From the NCBI GenBank assembly GCA_021836035.1, contig JAKBJL010000002.1:71484-135483 (forward strand): a stretch of 64,000 nt of DNA, read 5' to 3'. Below the pieces are notes generated by a model. That model was not told the origin of the DNA, made no database searches, and was given only the letters and a program-made list of their open reading frames with translations. Below are positions 27,966-37,709 of the stretch, piece after piece. A program made the position numbers and the translations under genes. The DNA comes from a bacterium (lineage in GTDB: Bacteria; Patescibacteriota; Microgenomatia; JAMCZE01). Numbering within the stretch: position 1 is the stretch's first letter; each line of letters opens with the position of its first letter.

Positions 27966-29481
27966 TGCCCGGTAGAACCTGATATAACTGCAGATAGTCC
28001 CCGCTATTTCCCTGCTGATATTTGGCCAGAAGCTTCACTTTCCAGCTGATGGGAGGCTGGGGCCGTTGATAAACAACAAAAAAAGTGGGCTGGCTCTTTG
28101 CTGCCAGGGCAATCTCCGCGGGCACTTTTTCCGGCAGCGGCCAATAATCTTTAATCCGGACATTCGGATAATCTTTCTGATAAAGCTGCAGGGAATAAGG
28201 CATCAGGCCGAAAGTGCCCTCCGTTCCGATTAAGACTTCGGGGTATTGCTGTGACTGTGCAGTTAAAAAATCCCGGATCTCTTTTACTCCGTAACCCGCC
28301 GGCCAGCCGTTGATATATTGGTGGGAATCGCCGTCAGGGATAGGAGCCCCGGGCGGGTCAGTGACCAGCTTAAAGTCGGTAAATAGTGGGATAAATAAAA
28401 CCCCGGCGGTAATAAGAAGCAGCAGCTTGGGCGGGGACAGAAACTTAATCTTGGGTAAATGACTAAACTTTACTATTCCCGCTGCCGCCAGAACCAAAAG
28501 CGGCGGAGTAAAAGTCAATAAAAAACGCGGAAAAATGCTTTTGTTAAAACTGGCCATCGCGATAAAAAAACAAAGGTAAACGGCAAGTAAGACAAAAGCG
28601 GTAATATTTTTACGCACTATTGCCAAAGCGGCGCCGAATAAAGTGAAAAAAGCTACGGGCACCGTCAGATAACCTATCTGCCAACGTAAGAGCGTAAGCG
28701 CGTTATCGCGAAATAAACTGAAGGGGTGCCTTAAAAATTCCCCGAAGGAAACGACAAATTCCGCGTTCTTTTGGGCAACCATATGGAATAAAGGAAATAA
28801 ACGTAAAATCCCGTAAATCAACTCCGCTTCGAATAATGCCACCCCCAGGAGACCGGCCCAGATCAATAACCGGGTAGGCCGCCGCTCCTTTTGCCAATCA
28901 AAAAATACCAGTAGCAGCGGTTGGAAAAGAAGAAAAAAAAGTGCCGGAGTTTTAGTCAACAAGCCAAAACCGACGGCCCAGCCCAAGAGCAGGGCTGCAT
29001 CCGGACGCAGGCTGCGGGCCAACCAGATGCCCAAAACCAGACTCCAGGTGGCCCACATGGCAAGCATCGTATCCGCCAAACCGAAACGATCGTAAAAAAA
29101 AGTGAAAGGCACCAGAAGGTAAAGCACCGCGGATAAATAAGCAATCTTCCGATCGCCAAAAACCTGGCGGGCCAATAAATAGATACCGACCATGCCCCCG
29201 AACCCGGCAGCAACCGAAACCAAACGCCCGGAAATAACCGGATCGAACACGGGCAGCAGCCTCAATACGCCGGATACCGCCCACATAAAAAGCGGCGGTT
29301 TTCCGTCCACCAGCGGTAAATAGCGTAAAGAGGCATCGTAAGCCATAATCTGGCTCCAGCGCAGATAAATTGCCTCGTCGGTAAATATAGGTATTATTCC
29401 GAGGTTAACCAGCCTGGTAAGAACATAAACGACGCATAGCGCCGCCCAGGCTAAAATTACCGTTCTATATCTTTTCCACAT
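27955..29481 (-). CDS. GT-C membrane glycosyltransferase (ArnT/PMT-like)
   Basis: FTDEAIY, DGKPPL, GR, YDR...D, LTK, PRF. Confidence 0.87.
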   Translation of the reverse strand: MWKRYRTVILAWAALCVVYVLTRLVNLGIIPIFTDEAIYLRWSQIMAYDASLRYLPLVDGKPPLFMWAVSGVLRLLPVFDPVISGRLVSVAAGFGGMVGIYLLARQVFGDRKIAYLSAVLYLLVPFTFFYDRFGLADTMLAMWATWSLVLGIWLARSLRPDAALLLGWAVGFGLLTKTPALFFLLFQPLLLVFFDWQKERRPTRLLIWAGLLGVALFEAELIYGILRLFPLFHMVAQKNAEFVVSFGEFLRHPFSLFRDNALTLLRWQIGYLTVPVAFFTLFGAALAIVRKNITAFVLLAVYLCFFIAMASFNKSIFPRFLLTFTPPLLVLAAAGIVKFSHLPKIKFLSPPKLLLLITAGVLFIPLFTDFKLVTDPPGAPIPDGDSHQYINGWPAGYGVKEIRDFLTAQSQQYPEVLIGTEGTFGLMPYSLQLYQKDYPNVRIKDYWPLPEKVPAEIALAAKSQPTFFVVYQRPQPPISWKVKLLAKYQQGNSGDYLQLYQVLPGNDQ

Positions 29482-30832
29482 TGCTTTGATAAAAATAAAA
29501 CAGCGCCGGCGGAACAGCCAGCAGTAAATATATTATACCCGTCCCGGCGAAACTTTGCGGATTAAGCCGCAAGACGCCCCAATATACGGCATAGGCCAAT
29601 AGTGAGGTGAAAGAAAAGAGCAAAAAAGTTTTCGCCAACCTGCCGAAAGGCAGAAGCGGTATAAAAACCAAACCCCAGAGAACATACCAGTTCCAGTAAA
29701 AAGTGGTCACAAACAGCAAATAAACCAGAATAGCCCGCAAATAGAGGGATAACGGTTCTTCTTTGCCCAGAAAATTTCGCCGCAACAACCAAAGGAAATA
29801 AATTAGAAAACCGGCGGTAATGATTACCCTGCTGCCCGGAATTATGGGGGTTAGTAACATCGGCAGGGATTGCCAGTAAATACCCGAGCCGTAAACCAAG
29901 CGGTCGAGAAAACCCGTTAAACCGTTCCCCAATAGCGCCAGACCGGTAAGATTAGCCGCTAAAAAAGCGCCGGTAAAAGTAATCAACGGTTTCCGCTTTA
30001 GCTCTTTAACCAGCCCGGCAAAGAGAAAGACCGCAAGGACAACGGCGATAAATTTCGCCTGGACCGCCGCTCCCAAGAGCAGCCCGGCCCAAAGGTACTT
30101 TTTCCCCAGATAAAAATATAAACCCGCCAGGAGGCAGAAAAGCATAATGATATCGTTATGCGCCGAGCCGGCAAGTTCCCAAACGAAGAGCGGATTCCAA
30201 CCGACCAATACCAGTCCCTGTTCTACCCGGTCAGGAAAAAAGCGGGATAACGTTTGGAAAAGCAAAATAAGAAACCCGGCAGCAAAAATTATGGCTACTA
30301 ATTTATGGGTAATGACACTGAGTAATAAACTATTGCCGCCGGCCAAACCAGCCAGGGTGTAAAAAAACTGGTTTACCGGCCCGTAGGGATTTACCGTAGT
30401 CTGCCAACTGGCCAGTTGATAAAAAGGGTCCTTGGGATAAGCCGCCGGAGCGGTTACCCAAATGTTCTGGTGATAAACGTTAACTATCCGGTCTTCTAAA
30501 ATGTAATCAAAAATATCCGTGGAAAGCACGGGATAAGAGAAAAAAACAATACCCAGGAAAAGAAAGCTGAAAAACAGAATCTTTTTCGCAGATATCCGGC
30601 AGCGCAGCGCCCGGTAATAAAAATAAAATGCGCCGCTAACCAGTGCGGCAAATAAAGCGGTAGGGACCGTATTTAGGTGAAGGGAAAGCAATAAAGTCCG
30701 GCCGGAAACAAGAAGCGCACCCAGATGCGGATATAATTTTTCGTACACGGCGAGCGCTCTTTCGTCCCGGAAGAGAATTATCCAGGAAAGCAGGGTATAA
30801 AGCGTATAGAATATGGCTAAATAAATACCCAT
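29465..30832 (-). CDS. MptA/MptB-like polyprenyl-phosphomannose-dependent GT-C transferase
   Basis: LSTDIFDY, PYGP, WNP, AHND, K and WY motifs. Confidence 0.75.
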   Translation of the reverse strand: MGIYLAIFYTLYTLLSWIILFRDERALAVYEKLYPHLGALLVSGRTLLLSLHLNTVPTALFAALVSGAFYFYYRALRCRISAKKILFFSFLFLGIVFFSYPVLSTDIFDYILEDRIVNVYHQNIWVTAPAAYPKDPFYQLASWQTTVNPYGPVNQFFYTLAGLAGGNSLLLSVITHKLVAIIFAAGFLILLFQTLSRFFPDRVEQGLVLVGWNPLFVWELAGSAHNDIIMLFCLLAGLYFYLGKKYLWAGLLLGAAVQAKFIAVVLAVFLFAGLVKELKRKPLITFTGAFLAANLTGLALLGNGLTGFLDRLVYGSGIYWQSLPMLLTPIIPGSRVIITAGFLIYFLWLLRRNFLGKEEPLSLYLRAILVYLLFVTTFYWNWYVLWGLVFIPLLPFGRLAKTFLLFSFTSLLAYAVYWGVLRLNPQSFAGTGIIYLLLAVPPALFYFYQSNVEKI

Positions 30833-32470
30833 TTAAGTTTTGGCAGAAATTTCCCAGATACTCCGGCCGTCCGGGGCGGAAATCGTTTTTAATAATTTTG
30901 CGTCTTTGGGTGTAGCCCCCGGCTCACGCAAATAAAGCCAGCGCCCGTTATCCCCTGACGTTGTTCCGAATAACAGCTTAGCGAAACCGTGAACATACCA
31001 AAAACCGTACCAATCCCGATCCGCGGATCTGGTAGCCCAATATTTCTCCGGAGGATATTGCTCGTAAAAAAGAAAAAAGATATAAGGACGCCCATAGGCC
31101 TCGCTGACGCTGATATGATCATACTCATCAGCGTGCGCGGCAACATACGCTACCGCTTCTTTATAACCGTATTGCCAATCCAGGGCATATTTTTCCGGAT
31201 AAGTGAAATAATAATCCCGAAGGTAAACAAGCAGGGACAAAGCATAGATTACGGCGACGGTCAAACCCAGGGCTCTTTGGAAGCGGGAACTTCCCGCTAT
31301 TTCCCAAATTGCCGCCAGCCCCCAGGCGGCAATTACCGACCATATGGGAAGTACCGGCAGAATCCTTAGAGCGTGCGGTGTTTCCCGCGCAACAGCCGCC
31401 GGTATGGGCGCAATTAACAGCCAGGCAAAAATTACTCCCGTCGCTTTACTCCGCCTCCGCAGGAGATAATATATTCCCGGAATGATCAATAACAAATCGG
31501 CCCAGTACAATTCGCCTACGGATTGGACGGATAACCGCGGATTAACATCACCGTGATAGAAAAGAAAATCACCGCGGAAATGATCAGTATAATGCTGTAA
31601 AAATTCCCAGGTATAAACTACTCTGCGGTTGTGCAGGATCTTAGACCACCAGGTATCGCCGTCTTGTGTGATCCTGGCGTTAGAAAGTTCGATCGGTTTT
31701 AGGTCGTTAAGCCAGGTAACCTCATAAAAACGCAGACGCCCCTCCCGCGAAAATATATGGGGCAACATAGGTAGAAGCAATAAGGCGGTGACTGTGCCAA
31801 AAACAATAAATTGCCGCCGGTTTGACCAAATATTCCGATAAAAAATAAGTAAAAGGGCGGCTATCATTAAGGGTACAAAAACACGGTGGGAATTGAAAGT
31901 ATACATGGAAAGAGCAAAAAAGATACCCGATAAAAGACAACTTAGCCATCCCCGGGTACGAATTGTGCGCAAAAATAAATAAATACCCAGGCCGCTGAAA
32001 AGAGTTGCCAAGTTTGCTTCAAACGCCCCGCGGCTAAACTGCAACGCCCAGGGGGATATCGCTAAAAACAGAGCTGCTAGGGCGGGTAAATATTTATTCC
32101 GCCCCCGGGCCATCGATTTACCACCGTCCAAATAGAGCAATTCCCGGGTTAAATAATAAGAAACCATGACTAAAAGTGCGCCGGCCAACGCCGAAGGCAA
32201 TCTGACGCTGAATTCAGATAGGCCGAGAATTTTTACAAAGAGAGCGTCGAGATAAATATAGCCGGGAGGTTTATAATCACCGAAGGCGATAAAGCGCGCT
32301 ATGGGCAGAAATTCTCCGTGTTCGTCGCGCAGGGTTTGAGAAATCGCGTAAGCGTTATAACCCAGCGAAGCCTCATCCCAATTAAGGCTGGGCGGAATAC
32401 TTCCGAGATCATATAGCCTTAAGACAAGCGCGAGGAAGATAATCAGTGCCGGAAATAATATTTTTTTCAT
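30833..32470 (-). CDS. GT-C membrane glycosyltransferase (ArnT/PMT-like, WDEA class)
   Basis: WDEA, DYKPP, VRLPSA, SRGAFEAN, PHALR, WQYGY. Confidence 0.88.
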   Translation of the reverse strand: MKKILFPALIIFLALVLRLYDLGSIPPSLNWDEASLGYNAYAISQTLRDEHGEFLPIARFIAFGDYKPPGYIYLDALFVKILGLSEFSVRLPSALAGALLVMVSYYLTRELLYLDGGKSMARGRNKYLPALAALFLAISPWALQFSRGAFEANLATLFSGLGIYLFLRTIRTRGWLSCLLSGIFFALSMYTFNSHRVFVPLMIAALLLIFYRNIWSNRRQFIVFGTVTALLLLPMLPHIFSREGRLRFYEVTWLNDLKPIELSNARITQDGDTWWSKILHNRRVVYTWEFLQHYTDHFRGDFLFYHGDVNPRLSVQSVGELYWADLLLIIPGIYYLLRRRSKATGVIFAWLLIAPIPAAVARETPHALRILPVLPIWSVIAAWGLAAIWEIAGSSRFQRALGLTVAVIYALSLLVYLRDYYFTYPEKYALDWQYGYKEAVAYVAAHADEYDHISVSEAYGRPYIFFLFYEQYPPEKYWATRSADRDWYGFWYVHGFAKLLFGTTSGDNGRWLYLREPGATPKDAKLLKTISAPDGRSIWEISAKT

Positions 32471-32898
32471 TTACGCGGCAAAAATATTTTAAATATACCG
32501 TAAACCAACTGCCAAACAGCATAGATTATTACCAGGCCTTCGACAACATATAAAATAACGGCTTCCGCAGAGATATTATTAGGTATCTTAAATAAAGGAA
32601 GCAACGGAACTATCAGTAACACGGCCAAGAGCAACCAGCGTCTATTAAAGACCAGGTAAAATACACCCGCCAGAAAGAAGACCATGCCGATAAAAGAAAA
32701 AGCGCCGGTAATAAAATCCGGCGAGAGATAGGAGAGATAACAGCGCAAAATATTGTCCGGATAGAACAGGAATTTGTTGTGAAAAAGCCGCGTCAGAAAA
32801 GTATGGGCCCGGATACCGTCCGCGGTTTGCGCTTCCCATATTTGGTGGGGAACATCCAGCTTGATCCACTCCCAGTTGCAGGTAAAATCAGTACTCAT
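32467..32898 (-). CDS. Small membrane protein resembling an internal GT-C segment
   Basis: 143 aa. RLFHNK...YLSYLSPDF followed by about three hydrophobic segments. Overlaps both neighbours. Confidence 0.7.
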   Translation of the reverse strand: MSTDFTCNWEWIKLDVPHQIWEAQTADGIRAHTFLTRLFHNKFLFYPDNILRCYLSYLSPDFITGAFSFIGMVFFLAGVFYLVFNRRWLLLAVLLIVPLLPLFKIPNNISAEAVILYVVEGLVIIYAVWQLVYGIFKIFLPRK

Positions 32899-34390
32899 AT
32901 ACCCGGAAAGCAATATCGCCGTTTACCATTCTGATCGGTGCCAGTTCTTTCTTCGTGGCTATCCCCATCCAGGAGGGCGTGATAGCCAACGATTTTTCTA
33001 AAGGCCTCGGCCTTGTCGGTTCGGTCTTAAAATCCACGATATAATATTTGTCCAGAAAGCGGGTCAAATTATGCCCGCTTCTCTGGAGAGCGAGCGGGTC
33101 ATAAGGCAAATATAAGGCTAAATACACCGGATTGAGATCTTGGGTAATAAATATCTGGCCGTAGTTACCCTGTACGCGCTTCAGATAGCTGACTAGTTGT
33201 TTGCTGCCGTCCTGCCAGTCGGGAGCATAAGCTTTTGGGTAATGGATAAAATAAATATGCAGGTATACTAAAAAGGCAAAAACAAATAAAACCATAAATA
33301 CGGGCCTGCTTACTAACGGAAATTTGGACAATAAAAACACCATTCCTATTGCCGATAAGATCTGCCAGCCGATTACGGAATCCAGACCTCTTAGCGCGTG
33401 AGGAGATACCCTGGTTAAGGCGACGGGAAGGGCTGCGGAGAGGATTAATAAAATAAGAATTAATCCCCCCCTGCCGCGGCGGCGGAAAATCAGGTATGCT
33501 CCGGCCAGGACAGCGGGCAATTGCCAGATATATAATTCCCCAATCTTTTTTACCGAGTGTCTGCCCTCCTGGTCTCCTTTGAAAAAAAGATAATCGCTGC
33601 TGAAATTGGCGACATAATTATTGACCACGTTGGTCAACAGATCGCCCGGTTCCTGTTGCACGCTCTCCGCGCGGAAACGTGACCCCCCCTCGGGGGAAAA
33701 TACATAGGTCTGTAAATAGGGCCATAATAAAATGCCGGCAAGTAGAATTGCCACTAAAACCGTCTTCCAGGCGGCCAGCAGTTTTCGCGCGTACGCCATA
33801 CTCAAACCTAAAAACACTAAGGGAATAGTAACGGCCGGGCTCAGATAAGTATAAAAACAAAGCACCAGGGAAAAAGCGGAAGCGAAAAGATAATTAATAT
33901 TTTCTCTCACCGCCAGCAGAAAAAATAATATGCCCATACTTAAAAAGAACAACGCCAGGTTGGCTTCAAATCCCGCCCGGCTGAATTGTATATGCCAGGG
34001 AGAAACGGCCAGAAATAAAGCGGACAGCAGGGCCAATTTGGCACGGTAGGGAAACAACTGCCTGACCAAATAAAAAATTAGCGCAACCGTGGCCGTCCCC
34101 GCCAGTACGGAAGGGAAACGTACCGCAAAATCTTTCAGCCCGAAAACCTTCTCCGAGACAGCAACCGCGTAAACATATAGGGGTAATTTAAAATCTCCGA
34201 AGGACTTGATCGTCAACGGGTAAGCTATCCCCCATTCGTCTTTACCCGTCTGCAGAAGGGAATAGGCATTGTAAGCGATAGAGGCTTCATCCCAATAAAG
34301 CGACGGCGGATTAACCGTAAACTTATAAATACGCAAAATAAACGCCAGCAGTACGGTCAGCCCCAACAACAAGCCATAGGTTTTATTCAT
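32888..34390 (-). CDS. GT-C membrane glycosyltransferase (ArnT/PMT-like, WDEA class)
   Basis: WDEA, DFKLP, VRFPS, SRAGFEAN, PHALR. Confidence 0.88.
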   Translation of the reverse strand: MNKTYGLLLGLTVLLAFILRIYKFTVNPPSLYWDEASIAYNAYSLLQTGKDEWGIAYPLTIKSFGDFKLPLYVYAVAVSEKVFGLKDFAVRFPSVLAGTATVALIFYLVRQLFPYRAKLALLSALFLAVSPWHIQFSRAGFEANLALFFLSMGILFFLLAVRENINYLFASAFSLVLCFYTYLSPAVTIPLVFLGLSMAYARKLLAAWKTVLVAILLAGILLWPYLQTYVFSPEGGSRFRAESVQQEPGDLLTNVVNNYVANFSSDYLFFKGDQEGRHSVKKIGELYIWQLPAVLAGAYLIFRRRGRGGLILILLILSAALPVALTRVSPHALRGLDSVIGWQILSAIGMVFLLSKFPLVSRPVFMVLFVFAFLVYLHIYFIHYPKAYAPDWQDGSKQLVSYLKRVQGNYGQIFITQDLNPVYLALYLPYDPLALQRSGHNLTRFLDKYYIVDFKTEPTRPRPLEKSLAITPSWMGIATKKELAPIRMVNGDIAFRVYEY

Positions 34391-36045
34391 TTATTTCTCC
34401 CGACAATATAAACCGATTCCTGCCCATTCAAATAATAATACTTTTTCAGAACCGGGGCATCCGGCGGGAACTCGGAAGGTTTACCCACGGCCAATATTTC
34501 CGCATGGTCCTTGATTGTTCCCCAATCAATCGGTTGAAAATAATATTTTCCGAAATGATTGCCGGTTTCCCTGAATCCTCCGGAAACAGTCCCCCCGTCT
34601 TGAGAAAGATAGGTCCGCGGATCGTAGCGGAGGAAAAAGGTAAAAAAATTCTGGGGCTGGCGGAGATTAGTGGAAACTATGATCTTTTGATATTTTCTGC
34701 CAAGGCGATCGGTATCGGCTACGACCTCTTTATACCCGTAAAACCACAATTGCGAATAATCCGCCGGAGCATGAATCAACATCATGTGCAGATACAAAAT
34801 TATACCCCCCATAACCAGAAGGGGGAAAAGGTACCTTAAGCGCTGCAGCAAAAACCGCTCTCCGGCATATTCCCATAATCTGAAAAGGCCGAATGCCGAG
34901 AGCAATTGGTAAGCCGGTAAGACCGCCGTGGTGCGGATAGAACTGGGCGTGGCGGAAGTCACTGCCGCCGGAAGCGGTGCCAAAAGAATCCAACCGCTAA
35001 GCAGCCAGGCCAATTGTTTGTGATTGCGCCAAACATCGAAAAGTCCGATTAAAAGCAGGGGCATTTCCCAAAGATAGAGCAAGCCGATATTAGCAACATA
35101 ATTTACCGGCGGTCCGCTCTCTCCCAAAAAAAGAAAGTCCGGACGGAAATGGGACAAATAACTTACCGCCGCTTTTTGGGCATAGGCCAAAATCTGGGGA
35201 TGGAAAAGAACCAGGGCGTTATTATCGCCTTTTGCTTGGTCATAAAAGCGCCAGGAAAGATTAATTTCCCGGGGTTTTGGATCCTGAAGAATACTGGTTC
35301 CCTGTAAACGCATTTGGCCGGCGGTGGTTGTTGCTAAAAGCAGCGTAGGCAATAACAGCAAGCCGAACAGTAACAGGGGTAAAGATATTTTTTTACGCTG
35401 CGGCCACAGCGTGCGGAAAAAAACCCAAAAAAGCAGGAGAATAAACAAGGGAACAAAAACCCTGGCGGCCTGATATAAATATAGTTCCGTACCGAAAAAG
35501 AGAAAAGCCAGTAACCAGAGGTATAATCTCGCCATTCTAAGACCCCGCAGCCACAACCATAAGCCGGTGGCAGTCATGAAAACGACGCTGCCGGACTCGA
35601 AGGCTACCCGCGTAAACTGCAAATGCCAGGGGGCAATGGCTAACAAGAAGGCGGCCGTGAAGGGAACAACCCAAAACAATTTCGGGTCCGGATTGGGCCT
35701 GCCGAGATACAAGAGCTCCCGTGCAAGCAGGTAAGTGGCTGCAACAGCCAGGACTCCCAAAAGCGCGGAGGGAAAACGTACCGCATATTCAGTTAACCCG
35801 AAAACCGCGACAGCAGGCACTGTCAGATAAATATATAAAGGAGGCTTGTAATCATCATGGGAACGAAAAACCAGCGGCAGAAATTGACCGTACTCATCAC
35901 GACCGGTTTTTAAAATGCTGTAGGCATTCCAGCCGATTGCTGCTTCGTCGAGATTGATGCCCGGCGGAATTTTACCCAATTGATAAAAACGCAGGACAAA
36001 AGCCAACAAAAGGATGAATATGAACAATAATCCTTTTCGGTTCAT
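34387..36045 (-). CDS. GT-C membrane glycosyltransferase (ArnT/PMT-like, DEA class)
   Basis: LDEA, DYKPP, VRFPSA, TRVAFE, WFYGY. Confidence 0.88.
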   Translation of the reverse strand: MNRKGLLFIFILLLAFVLRFYQLGKIPPGINLDEAAIGWNAYSILKTGRDEYGQFLPLVFRSHDDYKPPLYIYLTVPAVAVFGLTEYAVRFPSALLGVLAVAATYLLARELLYLGRPNPDPKLFWVVPFTAAFLLAIAPWHLQFTRVAFESGSVVFMTATGLWLWLRGLRMARLYLWLLAFLFFGTELYLYQAARVFVPLFILLLFWVFFRTLWPQRKKISLPLLLFGLLLLPTLLLATTTAGQMRLQGTSILQDPKPREINLSWRFYDQAKGDNNALVLFHPQILAYAQKAAVSYLSHFRPDFLFLGESGPPVNYVANIGLLYLWEMPLLLIGLFDVWRNHKQLAWLLSGWILLAPLPAAVTSATPSSIRTTAVLPAYQLLSAFGLFRLWEYAGERFLLQRLRYLFPLLVMGGIILYLHMMLIHAPADYSQLWFYGYKEVVADTDRLGRKYQKIIVSTNLRQPQNFFTFFLRYDPRTYLSQDGGTVSGGFRETGNHFGKYYFQPIDWGTIKDHAEILAVGKPSEFPPDAPVLKKYYYLNGQESVYIVGRNK

Positions 36046-36746
36046 TAGCCGATAAATCGATATTTAACTAATGTCCAAACGGCGGCAAAACCATCATGCC
36101 AGCGGATTTTTTTGCCTTCGGAAAAACCCCGCTTGCGATAGCTAATCGGTAATTCCCGGATGGGAATTTTCTTTTTTAGCAGTTTTGCGGTTATCTCCGG
36201 CTCAAAATTAAACCGCCGGCTATTAATTTCGATCCCCCTTAAAGACGCCCGGGGAATTAATTTGTAACAAGTCTCCATATCCGAGATCCGGCAGCCGTAA
36301 AGGAAATTGGTTAGCCAGGTAAGCAGCATATTGCCGAATTTATGTCCTGGTACCGTATCCTCATACGGTCCGGTAAAACGGGAGCCGTAGATTGCCGTTC
36401 CGGGCAGGTTTTTTGCCAACGTCACCATTCTCCGGATATCCCGGGGGTCGTATTCCAGATCGGCATCCTGAATAATTACGTGAGTACCGTTAGCATGCCG
36501 TAAGCCGCTTTTAATCGCCGCTCCTTTGCCGTAATTTTGGGCATGATTAACCACAAACAATTTTTTCCGCCGCCGGTAAGCGGCCAAAATTTTATCGGAC
36601 CCGTCGCTGGAACAATCATTCACCGCAATTATTTCCCGGTCCCAACCGTCAAGGTCCAGTGAGAGTAACCGATCAATAACCGTACCGACAGTCCGCGCCT
36701 CATTAAAAACCGGAACAATTACCGAAAGCTTAGAAGAGCTCTTCAT
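36045..36746 (-). CDS. GT2 polyprenyl-phosphate sugar synthase (DPM1-like)
   Basis: PVFNE, NDCSSD, NYGKG, QDADLEYDP, GSR, DMETCYK, FEPE, EGKKI. Confidence 0.9.
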   Translation of the reverse strand: MKSSSKLSVIVPVFNEARTVGTVIDRLLSLDLDGWDREIIAVNDCSSDGSDKILAAYRRRKKLFVVNHAQNYGKGAAIKSGLRHANGTHVIIQDADLEYDPRDIRRMVTLAKNLPGTAIYGSRFTGPYEDTVPGHKFGNMLLTWLTNFLYGCRISDMETCYKLIPRASLRGIEINSRRFNFEPEITAKLLKKKIPIRELPISYRKRGFSEGKKIRWHDGFAAVWTLVKYRFIG

Positions 36747-37695
36747 TTTTCAGCGGCCGGGCAAAGGCAAAATATTTCCCAACTTCCCGATCGGAAAGGA
36801 TAAATTTTTTTCCGGTCTGTAAACGGCGCCTAAACGCCTGGGGTATTTTAAATATCGCCAGGATTAAACCGTAAACCATCGCCCCGTCCCCTCTTAAAAT
36901 CGCCCTTAAAAGGTGGAAGGGCAGCCAGTAAAAATAGTTGAAAATATATCCCGGATCCGTAATATCTTTCCACACGATTATATTTTGATTACGGAATGCT
37001 ACCGCCCGGCGATAAAAGGGGGAAAAATGTCCCCGGATAGGACCCTCTTCGTGGAAATGGCCTACGACAATCCGCGGATCAAATATTATGCGGTAACCGC
37101 TTTTCCAGGCGCGATAACCTAAATCCAGGTCTTCACCGTAAAAAGGATCAAGTATTGTGTCCAAACCTCCCAAATCCTGCCATTTTCGGCGATGGAAAGC
37201 CCCGCTGCCGCCGTTGGCCCAAAGACTGACCCCGGGCTTAATTTCCCCTAAATTATGCATCAAAAACCCGCGGGCGAATCGGCCTACCGCCCTGCCCCGT
37301 TCCACGATCCTCCCTTTTTCGTAACTGCGATCTAAAAAACCTACGGCAAAAATACGGTCGTCGCCGAAGTCTGCCGGCAGATACTGAAGGAAATTATTTT
37401 CCGGACGAACATCGGTATTTAACAAAACGACAATCTCTCCCCGCGCTTTACTAACTCCCGCATTGACCGCGCTGGAAAAACCGCTATTTTTTTTCTGGAC
37501 AATTAATTTTAAATTCTCAAAGCGTCCGGCCAATTCCCGGACCACTTCCCGGCTATTATCCCGGGAGCCGTCATCGACAACAATCACTTCCGTCTCCGGC
37601 CCGGCGGCAGTTAACACCGCCGGTAAATTTTTCGCCAGCAAGGCGGCACCGTTCCAATTGGGAATCACGATACTAATCGCGTTATTTGCTTGCAC
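36730..37695 (-). CDS. GT2 glycosyltransferase (WbbL/rhamnosyltransferase-like)
   Basis: IPNWNG, VDDGSRD, GFS.AVN.G, LLNTD, YGEDLDLGYR. Confidence 0.88.
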   Translation of the reverse strand: MQANNAISIVIPNWNGAALLAKNLPAVLTAAGPETEVIVVDDGSRDNSREVVRELAGRFENLKLIVQKKNSGFSSAVNAGVSKARGEIVVLLNTDVRPENNFLQYLPADFGDDRIFAVGFLDRSYEKGRIVERGRAVGRFARGFLMHNLGEIKPGVSLWANGGSGAFHRRKWQDLGGLDTILDPFYGEDLDLGYRAWKSGYRIIFDPRIVVGHFHEEGPIRGHFSPFYRRAVAFRNQNIIVWKDITDPGYIFNYFYWLPFHLLRAILRGDGAMVYGLILAIFKIPQAFRRRLQTGKKFILSDREVGKYFAFARPLKNEELF

Positions 37696-37709
37696 AAGAT
37701 TTCCGCTGC

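Noticed and set aside
28925-28945. A-tracts of 7-9 nt here and elsewhere as phase-variation switches
   Set aside because: They are explained by Phe/Leu codons of membrane proteins on the minus strand, and the frames are intact.
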